Shown one piece after another: positions 13,503 to 26,200 of a stretch of DNA of 64,000 bases (position 1 is the first letter of the stretch; every line of letters begins with the position of its first letter). A program made the position numbers and the translations under genes. The DNA is taken from positions 1,225,932 through 1,289,931 of the forward strand of contig RHPI01002090.1 in NCBI GenBank assembly GCA_009103225.1. The letters run 5' to 3'. This DNA comes from Chlorokybus atmophyticus (Eukaryota; Plantae; Mesostigma and Chlorokybus algae). Below the pieces are notes generated by a model, which saw only the letters and a list, made by a program, of their open reading frames with translations, made no database searches and was not told the origin of the DNA.

Positions 13503-13774
13503 CGTTGGTGTTGCTGTTATTGTCGGCATTGTTGCATTCCTTCAATCACGAGGTGACAATAGAGTTTTTGCGGGACAACGGGGCGGATGTGAATAAGGAG
13601 GACAAGTGGGGCCTCACGCCAGTGTACCTGGCGAAGCAGAAGGGCGCAGACGCGGAGTCCGTGTTCAAGTTCCTGCTCGGAGCTGGCGCTAACTACAACG
13701 ACATGACCGCCAGCGCCATCCCCAAGCACGACCCCGCCCTCACACAGCCGCAGACAGTCACAGCAGACACCTGA
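13004..13774 (+). CDS. Small ankyrin-repeat protein, 3 exons
   Basis: STVHEAAEAGD, GRTPIVWAAEAGHIDAVELLIRMGANVDAAD, RTAMHWAARAGHLEIV, GADVNKEDKWGLTPVYLA; GT-AG introns in phase. Confidence 0.9.
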
Positions 13775-15239
13775 GAGCTGTAATTGATAGCCAGCAGCTC
13801 TGTAAACACTTGTCCAGCCTACTGACTGCTGCTGTCTGAGCTCGTGTCAGTGTATGCTAGAGTTGTGCTGACCTGCACACCAGGCTTCTTCTCTGTTTCT
13901 TGCTGCTCGACCAGTTGCCTGCACAGGAGGTCAAAGCAGCATTTCGTGCAGACATGTCATGCAGGACATGTCTGCGCATACGCAGGTATTCGTTATTGTG
14001 CGCGCGTGGCGCGGAGGGGGAGCTTGCATGTTATCTGTTGCAAGTATGGTATACATGCCTTGCACTTGAATGTGTAAACCATATCCAGTACAACCGTTAT
14101 CGTCATGGATTATCATTGGTTCACGATTTTCCGTATACTGTGCCTACTGCCTGCTGCTGGCCTGCTGGCCTCTACTTGCTTTCGTATTGTGCTTGTTGCT
14201 GGGTTGTTACGGTTTAGGGTTTTGGGGGCCCGGGCCAGCCCATGGCTCGGGCCCTCAAATATTGCTTGCTTGTGTTGTTATAGCCATTGCTTGTGCTTGT
14301 GCTGCCTACACTGTGTGCTGTGTCCTGTGCATCACTGCATGCTTCACTCTGCTTGTTGTGCATGTATTGTATGGACTTGAACCGTTCCTTTTGAAAGTAA
14401 TGATGACGAAGTTCAAACCAGAAGTTTTATTACATGTTCAGGGTCAAAACCTTTAAGCAATGCGCTCCATTGATGTAGTGCTGTGACAGCAATTTCAAGA
14501 GGGAACTGATTGCAAAATAGATGCTTAATGCAGGGCGCGCATATGAACAGTTTGTGTCATTATATCAGCAAACTGACGTTGAAAAAGTACAAACGTGACC
14601 CATTTGCTTGAATGCTATATATATATATTTGTTATGAACATTGACGTGTTTGTTTGAAGGCAAAACAGCCATCATTAATTTACTCATAATAAGTGCATCA
14701 GATAAGAACGCTGTTGCGTCTGTTTTCGGAGCACCATGTCGTAACATATTTTCAATCGCATTTTTCATATATATATATTTATATATATCTATATATGAAT
14801 TTGCAACAGATAATGGTTGGGTACATATATACATTGAAATCGTATCTCAATCACATGCTTCATGTGCAGCGGTGATAGCTTTGTGTCCACAATTCGTTCA
14901 TAGCGGCACAACGGATTCACGTTCTGGCAACATTAACTCCATCAAAGCCCCTTCACACCTTTTCAATACGGTTTTCGGGTTGCAAGGTTGGCAGCCAACT
15001 CGTGCAAAAAGCTATCGACCCCCTCACTCGCTTACTCATGGACTTGAGCGTTTCGACTTGAGATTCATGGCTGCCAGTCAGCCACGTCACATTCGCATGA
15101 AGGAATAAGCAGCAATGGATGGGTGTATCTTCCAGGCATCCATGTCCAAACGGAAGATCTTTTGTCCGTGAGTTATCCGAAGTGTGCGCTGTGCATGAAC
15201 TGCAAGTCTGTGCTGCATTGTGCCAGCTGGCGGTTCAAC

Positions 15240-17497
15240 ATGGCGCAGACGGCGGCAGCAGCAGCGATGTCCGTGGCCTCGTCTTCTACCGCCGCTCTGT
15301 CTATAGTGGCACCCACGGCCTCATTGCCTACCAGCAGGAGACAATGCCGTGGCGTGGCCGGTGCTCACCGCGCCGCCCTTGCTGGAGGCGCTGAGTCTGC
15401 CAGGCTGCTTGCTTCCCTGCGCTCCGCCGCCTCCGCCGCCTCCAGCACACCCGCCGCCCATGGCAGGCGCCTGGTCACCAAGGCCGTTGCTGCCGTCGAG
15501 ATGCCCACGCAGAAGAAGAGCGCCTACGACATCGTCAGCCTGCCCACATGGCTGCTCCAGCAGGTACGGTTTAGCAGCATGCGCAATCCCAAATGCAGCT
15601 GTAGTACAATGTGGTAGAAGTGTCCAACTGCTAGATGATTCTACAAAGCCACCGGTGCAATGTGAACTGGGTGCAAGCGAGTTCACATTGCACAACGCCG
15701 TGTCCAGCAAGTCCGCATAGGACTATCGCACATGAACCAGCGAGCCTCCTTAATAGCACTAATGTCGCTGTCACGGAGCAATATATTGCGAAGGGCTGGC
15801 GTTGGTGCTGTTGCCAAGAAGTTTATTGCGCGTGCAGGAGCAACTAGGGGTCATTGACGGAGAGCTGGCCATCGTCCTCTCATCCATCACCCTCGCCTGC
15901 AAGCAGATCGCCTCCCTCGTTAACAGGGCAGGCATTTCCAACCTGACCGGTCTCCAGGGCTCCGCCAATATCCAGGGCGAGGATCAGAAGAAGCTGGATG
16001 TTGTGTCAAATGAGGTGAGCTGTTTCTGCTTCAGTGTCACTCTGCCAAAGGTCAAACAGCTCCTGCACAGTAGTGTTGCTTCATTTCTGTTGCGTAGAGT
16101 GTTGTACACTGTTCGACCACCCTTATCACCATTAGAAAAGCAATGTTGCTAGTCGCAGTTCTGCTGTAAGCATGAACTCTCATGCCAACACCTTCACTGG
16201 GGCAGGTGTTCAGCAACTGCCTGCGCAGCTCTGGCAGGACAGGCATCATTGCCAGCGAGGAGGAGGATGTCCCGGTGGCTGTGGAGGAGAGCTTCACCGG
16301 CAAGTATATTGCCGTGTTCGATCCCCTTGATGGATCGTCTAACATTGATGCTGCCGTGTCCACTGGCTCGATCTTCGGCATCTACAGCCCTGATGAGAGC
16401 TGCATGACCAACCTTGACGACGATGAGGACCTGGATGCCAAGCAGCAGGCTTGCATCACCCAGGTCACACATGGTTGATGTTGCTGGCTGCATATACTAT
16501 TAGCCTACCACAAAGTAGCACGCCATGGGAAGTTAATACTAGTAGCTACTTGCCTCTCATGTTTTGCTGTTTGCAGGTTTGCCAGCCGGGTGACAACCTT
16601 CTTTCCGCCGGCTACTGCATGTACTCCAGCTCCACCATCATGGTGCTCAGCATTGGCAAGGGTGTGTTTGGCTTCACCCTGGACCCCCTCATTGGCGAGT
16701 TCGTGCTCACCCACGACAACATAAAGATCCCCAAGTCTGGCAAGATCTACTCTTTCAACGAGGGCAATTACAAGCAGTGGGATCCCAAGCTCCAAGCATA
16801 CATGGACTCCCTCAAGGTGATGTCATAGGTGCAGCTTATGTCCTCAATATGGTTGTGCTTCAGCCACATGCAAGCTGAAACGTATGTTGATTATGTGCAG
16901 GGTGGAGATGGTGAGAAGCCATACACTGCGCGCTACATTGGTTCACTTGTCGGCGACTTCCATCGCACGCTGCTTTATGGTGGCATCTACGGCTACCCTG
17001 GTGACAGCAAGAACCCCACCGGCAAGCTGAGGCTGCTGTACGAGTGCGCGCCAATGAGCTACTTGGTTGAGCAGGCTGGTGGCAAGGGATCCGATGGACA
17101 CAGTCGCATCCTCAACATCATGCCAGAAAAGGTACGCTTGTGTACATGTGCATAACCTCCGAAACAGCTGCCTTTTCGATTTCCAGGTGCAACTGTCTGA
17201 GAATGCATAAACTATGTCTACAAGTGCACATGTTGCTCAATACTGATTGTTGATTTCCAACAATCAGTATTCTGCATTTATTGCCAGACGTGATTCAGTT
17301 ATTGAGTGTGGATGTAGTTGGGCATAGAGTCTTGCTCAATACTCTTGGTTAAAGCGCATCGGCTACAGGCCTGCTTGAGCGTGATGGCGCATATTGCTGA
17401 CGCTGTGTGCTACTGGCTGCAGGTACACCAACGTGTCCCGCTGTTCATTGGCAGCCCGGATGAGGTCAATAAGTTGGAGAAGTTTCTCAAAGAGTAG
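15240..17497 (+). CDS. FBP: Chloroplast fructose-1,6-bisphosphatase
   Basis: Ala/Ser-rich transit peptide; [68 protein letters not shown]; redox insert with Cys ([28 protein letters not shown]). Confidence 0.98.
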
Positions 17498-18907
17498 AAG
17501 GTAGTGAACTTGTATTCTTATGCTACTTAACTTTCCCTGCTGAGTGACATGTATGGTTGCACCAAGCACAGCATAGCTGTGTCTGGAAATTTTTCAACTT
17601 GAGATACATTCAAGTGAACAAGCTTCAGCTTTGCCATGGGTTGGGTTAAACATGCTTGCGTATTGTTGCACCCCTTGCACTGTGAGAAGCTGCAGGCATG
17701 CTGGTTGTGCTGCCAGCCGCCTGCGTGTAGCTGCATGGCAGAGCATGCGACCAAGAAATCATGCACCGCAAGTGCACAGTTCTTCTCAAGGAACTGATTG
17801 GATCCTCAGAGGCCGTCCCATCGAATGTGTTCAAGCTGTGGTTGCACACAAAATATGCACAGCATTGCATATTTTCTACACTACAGTATGATGTATGTGT
17901 ATGCATGGTTACCTCTGGTACATTTGCTTTTACAGAGTTTTGCTATATGCAACTCTTGTGTGTTATATAGGATGCAGGGATTGGCATGCATGAGAGTGTG
18001 AGCGCGCTGCAGCGGGCCCAGGGCATGGCCTTGCTGGACAGCTGCAGTGGCGGCAGCTCCGGGCTGGACCCCACTGCGATCGGTACATCCTACAGAGGAG
18101 GCGGACGTGGCCATGGCTGGAGCGGCTCAGATTGTCAGCTGCACTACCTGCGTAGTGGACCTTGGTGGTGCTGTGTGGTTGTAATATAGGCATGGATGCC
18201 GTGTATGTGGTGTTGTGGTGTTGGTTAATGTGAATAGTTGTTCGCGCGTGTGAGGCATGCAACGCCAGCCACACAGCACAGCACTCAGCACTTCAAGTCA
18301 CCACTGGGGGGTTCAACCTACTCACTGCCTACCTAACTTCACTACTAGCCCAACCCCGTTAGACATGCAGGCATGCATGCACACGCTATTACCTGCACAT
18401 GCGCCTTGATCAGCGGCCTTCTTGCAGCAGCAGCGGCCACACCAGCAGCAGGGCTCAACGGACTCCCCCTCCCGCTTCACCCACACCCCCGCCGCCATCT
18501 CCGCCAGCCTCCTGCAGTGACTATAGGGCAACAGTGGTGCTTGCGGGTGAGTTGACCTTCCAGAAAAGAGTGCAACAGCACTGTCAGTCCAAAATCACAT
18601 GCATGTCTAACGGGGTAGGTGAATAGTGTCGTACCTAGTGACTAGCAGTAGGTTAACATGCAGCCCAGTGATTGTATATGATAAACAGAATGCAAGGATT
18701 ATGTGAGAGTATAATGGCAATGGTGTGCTAACTGCATGTATGCCATGAATGCGGTGTGACTTGCATGCACAAGACCCGCCTTGCATGTTTTGTACACTGT
18801 AGACAAGCTGCATGCCCGTTGATGACTAGGGCAACACGCCAGTATGATGACCACCCCAGACGCAACAGGTTTTCCGTAAGCAACAGGAAGAAGGTTGCAT
18901 TGCATGC

Positions 18908-20665
18908 CTACGCTCTATCCTTCAGATTCAAACTGAAGATGAGTTTCCCATAACGATTGGGATCCGTGCGCCGCAGGTATTGCAGATGCTTACGTCGCTG
19001 GTTCAGCATGCCGTCCAGACCTCGTTTGGAATGCTTGTCCTGCCTGTTGCTTCGCAGATGGGTGGTCATCCTCGCAATGCGCTGCGTTAGCACCGCCACC
19101 TAAAAGGAACCACAGTTGCAGTTGAGGAATCAGCACATTAGTGCCTCAGTGACCTGCCAGAAATACTTGAGATGTGTGTGTCCCCTTCAATGGTTCACCT
19201 GCACTTCTGAAGAGCCGCAATCTGTTGAATGTCGTGCGTACTGCTGCATGACCTGCTGCTTGAGTACCTGAAAGCGCTCCGGAGCTGACATGTTGCCTTC
19301 ACCCAGATACTGCGAAGACAACAATTAGGTTGAGCACGTAATGACCTCAAAGAAATGCTTTTGTAGTCTCATACCAACAACATACCAGATCTACAAGGTC
19401 CGTCTGCGGCGGCGGGAGTGGCGGCTGGTAGTACCCATATGGGGAAAATCCTCGGTCACCTGCAACAACTCGTAATTGACAAAATTGCAAGATCTACGCA
19501 ACCACAGCAACGCATGCACGAGAAACCCCTTCCATATATACTAAATGCAGCCCATGGTGCGTGTAGACACCTGAATACTTTCCAATTCAACCACAAAACT
19601 CTCAACGATTGGTACAGCAATGGCAGCTGATGACACCCACAACATAGTGCAACCGTACGCTGTGATAACTTCATGCACGCACGATGGCAAACAATGCTGC
19701 ATGTGTTGCATGCAGTGCATGCATGCAGCACAGCACGCATGTGCAATAGCAGACAACCACAAGTTGTATATACCTGAGTCCTCCACAGGTCGCGCACCAG
19801 GCGCATCATCATCAGTGTCAGGCTTCACGTCGTCGACCTCATCGACACGCCCCGCTGCCGAAGCAGCATCACCACCTGTAGCCTCTCGGGGAGTGACGAT
19901 GGTGGCCGGTCCAGGCGCCTCGCCAGTAGATTGCGCAAGGTCATCCAACGCAGTGGCCGCAGCTGCGCGCTCAGGCTGTGCGTGCTCGTCCTGCTGCTGA
20001 CGACCATGCTGCTGCTCCTTAGAACTGGGGGACGGTTGCTCAGGCTGCTCAGCCTGCACTTGCTGCTGCTGCTGTTGCTCACTGCGCCCCTTCCCGAACC
20101 AATTGAACCTCGGCAATGCTGCGGCGGCGGCTGAGGCGAACCTGCCCCACGCCTCTGTGCTGATGCCTGGCGGAGAAGCAGCAGGAGAAGCGCTGGCTTC
20201 GATTGCCTCCGGCTGCTTCTTGCTGGTGCTTTCCACCTCCTTGGCTTTTGCATGCTTGGGCGTGCCCGACCTGCTCCTCTCCTGCCCCGCCTTGGCCTTC
20301 TGAGAGCCTGCTGACTTCACCTGGGAACCTGCAGCTGCAGAGGAGGGCGGCGGCGAAGCACTCCTGCCTCTGCCCTCTCCCCTCTTACTCCTGCTGCTGC
20401 CGCTGCCGCTGTTTCCATCCTTCTGCGCTGCATTGGAAATAGGAGCCTTCCCTGCTCCTTGCCCCTGCTTCTGCTTCTGCCTCTGGTTCTGTTGCTGCCG
20501 TCGTCCCCCTCGCTTTGCGGAAGCCGGCGCCTTAGTCGCGAGCCACCGCGTCAGCCACCCCACAGCAGCCTCCTCCCCAACCACAGATACCCCCGCCCCC
20601 GCCGCCTGCACGCCCCTCCTCCCCGCCACCGCCCACATCCTCGCCCACGCCTCCGCCCCGCCCAC
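18908..20665 (-). CDS. RPS15: Mitochondrial ribosomal protein uS15m with long N-terminal extension
   Basis: Spliced C-terminus NMSAPERFQVLKQQVMQQYARHSTDCGSSEVQVAVLTQRIARMTTHLRSNRQDKHSKRGLDGMLNQRRKHLQYLRRTD is a uS15 domain; in-phase splice from the ~300-codon first exon (donor ~19774). Start may be 20665 or 20638. Confidence 0.85.
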
Positions 20666-20673
20666 CGCCGCTC

Positions 20674-20700
20674 AAACCCTAACCCTAACCCTAACCCTAA
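20674..20700. promoter_or_regulatory. Telo-box / (CCCTAA)4 upstream of uS15m
   Basis: AAACCCTAACCCTAACCCTAACCCTAA about 10 bp upstream of the first ATG. Confidence 0.65.
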
Positions 20701-21125
20701 TGCATTGGCGTGGTCGATATCCGCTGCTGTAACGGCAGCGCCTGGCGTCTGTGGGACAAAAACTGCACCCATGATGGTGGTGGTCACGTGAGGCTGCCCC
20801 TGCCAAGTGGTGTGCCAACTGTGGGTGGGGGGGGGGCGGAGACACACCAGGCCAAGGCCAGGCCAGGCTCAAGGCCGAGGCCATGAGGGTGTAGCCTACA
20901 GCCTGTGAGGCCTAGGAGGGGAGAGGGAGGGAGGGAGAGAGCGAGGCTACAGCTGCTTCTGTCTTTGACACTGGGATTGTTTTGACGGCAATGGGTGATG
21001 CAGTCATCCACTCGCTGGCTTGACTTGAGAGGGAGTAGTTGAGAGAGAGTGCAAGGAGGAGGGAGGCTGTGTCTCTCTTCTCTCACGTCACGTGTGGGCA
21101 AGGAAGGAAGTGCACGCACGTAAAC

Positions 21126-23218
21126 ATGGCGCAGAATGGCTCAGTCGCCAATGTGGGCGGCGGGGTGGAGGCTCCCCGCGAGCTCAATGTGAAAGTGGCG
21201 CTGCGAGTCAGACCGCTCTCAGACAGGTGCGTGTGTCTGTTTTACCTTGTATAGCAGGAGTATAGCAGTAGCAGCTGAGTGAGCTCAAAATCTGTGGACA
21301 TGTGGACTTGGTCGGCTGTGTCTGCGGCGAGCGTGTTGTGGTGTTCGTTTGTAACACGGAGAGTGGAATGGGGTAATCAGTAATAAGTATTTCGCACACT
21401 GCACAAGCGCTAGCGTTTGGATCAATAGCTACAAACAGTCCAGGTACAATCCACCACCTGCGCGATACTATAAGAAACAGTCACAGAATCTACTTTTATA
21501 TATGGTAGTTGATGACCCATGCAACCCGCACATTTTAGGAACTCCAGATTTCACATGTCGTACCTATGCAATACAGACGCTTGCGAGTGTCCTATCAGTG
21601 GCGTGTTTGCACAATTTCACAGCTCTCAGCGCAAAAGCTGCACACACTGCTGTGCGACATTTGCTGAACTCGTGCGTGTTTGTATCATACAGGGAGGTGG
21701 ACAAGCAAGATGCGAGCAAAGTGGAGGTGGTGTTCGACGCCGCCAACCCGGGCCAAAAGTACAACACAACACGCACTGCATCTGCAAGAGCACTACTGTT
21801 CCACAATGAATGACTCACACACGTTGTCAACAGGGTGGTGGAGGTGCGGGGACCGCAGACCGCGGCATTCGCGTTCGACCTCGCATATGACCAGAACGCC
21901 TCACAAGCACATCTATATGAGGGTACGTGTTGTATATATTAATACAGGTACATTCAAGGAGATTGACATACATTATGTTGCTGAGCCTATGCGCTACACT
22001 CAGACATTGGGCGGCCGATCGTGGACAACGCGTTCGCGTGGTACAACAGCACCATTTTCGCCTACGGCCAGACAGGCAGGTCTTTTCTCCACTCACACCA
22101 TACCACATCTCCATTGCCTCCTTTAAGCTTTCATCCATCGTGCACGCCCAAACACACAGAAAGCGAGGGCCAAACACACGCACGCATGCGCGCATGCACG
22201 CATGCGCACGTACACGCACATGCACACTCTGATACGATGGTGTGCACGCAGGCAGCGGGAAGACGCACAGCATGCTGGGATACGATGAGAAAGACCCCGA
22301 GCAGCGCGGACTCATACCCAGGCAAGAAGTCAATCCATCACACACTCAATGCAGGACAGTCCAGTCATAGTCAGGCCCGGAGACAAACGTGTTGTAGATC
22401 TTGTGTGCCAAACAGAAAGTTTTTCTTTCTGCAGGATCATCCAGGAGGTGTTCTCGCGGGCAGCCAATCACCACGACCCCACCGGCTCCGAACACGTCTC
22501 CAGCGAAGTCTCCATTCGCTGCACCTACATTGAAGTCTACCAAGTACGCTACCCCCCCCACCCCCCCCCACNNNNNNNNNNNNNNNNNNNNNNNNNNNNN
22601 NNNNNNNNNNNNNNNNNNNNNNNNNNNNNNNNNNNNNNNNNNNNNNNNNNNNNNNNNNNNNNNNNNNNNNNNNNNNNNNNNCCCACACACCCACCCCCCA
22701 CACACCCACACTGTTGTGTCCCTGCAGGAGCGGTTGATCGACCTTCTCCAATCCGAGTCTCCGGGTCCGCCCGTCCCCGTGAGCGACATGGACAAGCTGA
22801 GGATACGGAACCTGCCGGAGCTGGGGGTCCACGTGCACAACGCACTCGAACCGGAGGTCAGGACGTACGAGGAGATGAGGGCGCTGATGCGCAAGGGAGA
22901 TGCAAGACGAAAAGTGGGGTAAGGGAGACATGGACTCTTATAACTCGAGGGCATTTGAACATTCACACGCCCACCCACCCACACTCTCTTTCTCTCTCTC
23001 AGTGCGCATCAGATGAACGAGCGCAGCTCCCGTTCCCACGCCATCTTCACGATCAAGGTGTACGAGGTGTACAACCTCAAGGGGCGGCGCATGACCAAGC
23101 GATTCGCAAAGATCAACCTCGTCGACCTCGCGGGATCCGAAAGACAGAAAATGACCCTCGCAGAAGGCAAGCATGAGAGGGGATTGAATGTGGTAATGTG
23201 TTCATGTGCGATGAGTGC

Positions 23219-23255
<37 letters not shown>

Positions 23256-26200
23256 GGTGTTAGGTTGCAGGAGTCGTCCAATATTAATAAGAGTCTCCAC
23301 ACGCTGCAGAAGGTGATCAAGGCGCTGGTGTTCAACACCACGTGCGACGAGGCCACACCACCCAAGGCGAGTGCGACAGACGAGATGAAGCGTGCGTGTG
23401 TCGTCGAGTATTTGACTGTATTGAAGGACGTGTGTGTTTGTTGTGTCGACAGGTGGTGCCATACAGAGAATCGAAGCTCACGCAGCTGCTGGCGGAGGGG
23501 CTCGGAGGCAACTCCATGTGCTGCATGCTCGCGTAAGTATGATAGTGTGTGTGTGTGTGTGTGTGCTTGGCGAACGAGTGTCATCAATACGTGTTGGACA
23601 TGTGTGTGACCAGGTGTGTGTCTCCTGCCGAGAGTTCTCTTGGCATGACGCTGAGCACGCTCAAGTACGCCGCGAGCGCGCGCGCGATCAAGCAGCGCGT
23701 GACCGCCAACCGCGAGATGACCGAAGTCGACAAGCTCAAGGACGAGGTGGACGAGCTGCGGCGCCAACTCGACGCAAAGAAGGCAAGCACAACAAGACAA
23801 CAGGTCCACATATGCACACGCACATATGCTCACATAACACTGTCTCATTCATCAGGGTGAGGAGAGGAAGCGGATGGCGCGTGAATACGAGGAGAAGATC
23901 TCTGGCTTGCTGTACATCATCGAGCAGTCTGATCTCGACCGCCATCACGAGCACCTCCGCGCGCGACAACAACGCCTCGACGTAAGCAATACTCACAATG
24001 TGGATGTCCGTGGTGTCGAGTACGTGAGTGACAACCCGCATTTCCGCACAGATGATGGAGAGGCTCACACTACCGGAGCGCGTGATGCTGATGATGCGTG
24101 AGGCAGGCTACGGCGAGCAGGCCAAGGTGTGCGTGGGTGGGTGGGTGGGCGGGCGGGCGCATGATGGTTATCATTTCACAATGACAGTGTTGTGTTACAT
24201 GACATGTTGTCTCTACGCGCTCAGGCTCTTGGCGTGGTTGAGGGTACTCTCCGTGCCGAGGAGGCCGAGTACCAGCGTCAGCGCCACTTCGTTCAGAACA
24301 TTGAGCGCGCCCTCATGGACCACCTGGCGCCCCTCGCCGACGCCCTCCAGGCCGCAGGCAAGCAGGGGGGAGGAGGAGGACTTGATGTGGGGATTCGTGT
24401 GATGATACGGGAGTTTTGTGATGAGGTGTGTGTGTACAGATGCTGTGCCGACGGAGGTGCTGCACGAGGTCGTCCTGGCGGACATGGTCACGCACCTCAA
24501 GACGCTGCAGCAGGAGTCGGGGAGGCTGCGCGAAGTCCGCACGCGCATTGCAGCAACCTACCAAGTGAGCATTGGATGACACACATGCACCCACGCCCAC
24601 CCACCCCCACTTACCCACACCCACACCCCCACACAGGATCTCTGCGACACTCTAGACCGTCAGCTCAAGGAGCTCTCCTCCACTTGGTCTGCATCGTCGC
24701 CTGTCCCCCACGGCCTGCTTAGCAACAGCCGGCCCCCGAGCCGGTCGGCGGTGCTGCTGCAGGAGATGAACAATGGCGGTGGTGATAACGAGCCCGACTG
24801 GTTTAATGGTAATAAGGACAACAGTGATAATAGGCCGACGAGTAGTGAGAGTGTGGCGTCGAGGATCAGTGCGGTGAGTGAAGCGCTAGTACGGCGAGAC
24901 TTGCTGCACGAACGCCAGGTAGGAGAGAAGTTGTACTCGCACGTGCATGTCGCATGGGCAATTGACGTAGTCGTAGTGGTTGTGGTGTTTACACCAAGCA
25001 TATGTGTGATACAGGTGCAGGAGGCGGCCGTGCAGGGGCTCGCGGAGCTGAGGCAGTATGCTGCTGAGGGCATGACAAGGCTCAGAGAGAGGTGAGGAGA
25101 AGAAGTGACCTTATGTTTGTACGTGAATGTGTGTACGCACGCGCGCGCGCATGCCAAAGCGTGAAGGGGGGGACATTAACATTGTGCGTGTGCAGTGGCG
25201 ACAAGAGCGAGAGCGAGGGTCTGGACCTCCCCCTCCTGATGTCCGTCGTCCAACGCCTCCCCGACCTCGACGACATCGCCTCCGACTCCCCCGACCCCAC
25301 CCACTCCACCCACGGTTCCGGCCAGGCCAGCCCATTATCGGGATCAGTGCGCGTCGGCTGGGGCGACACTCGCGCCATCTCCCTGGTGTCCCTCGCGACC
25401 GCGGCCGTCGGGGGGCAACTGGCCAGGGCGAGAACGAGGAACCAGGCGAGGATGTCGGATCTGATCGAGGAGAACCTGAGGGCGAGACAGGAGATATTCA
25501 GGCTGCAGGTGAGTGTGTGTGTGTGTGTGTTTGTGTGTGTGCGTATGCGCGTGCGTATCCGTGTGCGTGGTTGTGTGCAGATTTGACACATACCGTTGTT
25601 GTCACGTAAACGTGTGTCTTCACACTTCAGGAATTGCTTAAGCTGCGCGACGGTGAGCTCGAGGAGGCTCGTGCCGAGCTCGAGGAGACGACCGAGGCCG
25701 CCTCCGCCGCCGAGGAGGAGGCGCGTGTTGCTTCCGGATCAGCGGCGGACGAGAAGAAGGCTCGGACTGAGGCCGAAGAAGCCGCCGCCGCGCGCGAGAC
25801 ACGATTGCGCGCCGCGATCACGGAGGCGGAGGAGGCCGCTGCCGCCCGCGAGGCACGCTTACGCGCCTCGCTCAACGATGCTTTAGAACAGGCAGACAAG
25901 CGCGCCACAGCACTTTCCGCCATACTTGGAGACAAGGAGACCCTTGCGGGTGAGAATGCGGACTTGAGGGTCAGGCATAAAGCGGCGGAGACGTCGTCGG
26001 ACCTGCAGCAACAGGAGCTGGACAAGGTGAGCGTGTTATGCACTTGTGGTAAACACGCACGCGCGTATTGCTAGTGAGTGACGATGTTGTTCATGCCGCT
26101 TGCAGAGGGTGGGTGAGGTGCGTGCGGCGAAAGAGGCTGTTGAGGAGGCGCAGGCGGCGCTGGCAAAGCAGCGGGTGCGCGTCGTGGAGCTGGAGGCACA

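Noticed and set aside
14160-14300. Telomerase RNA candidate (minus-strand AACCCTAAACC template after a G-rich 5' segment)
   Set aside because: No recognisable USE element or Pol III T-run terminator; a telo-box is the simpler explanation.
14535-14905. Possible small MITE (tatgaacagtttgtg / cacaattcgttcata)
   Set aside because: The inverted match is short and imperfect, with no TSD.
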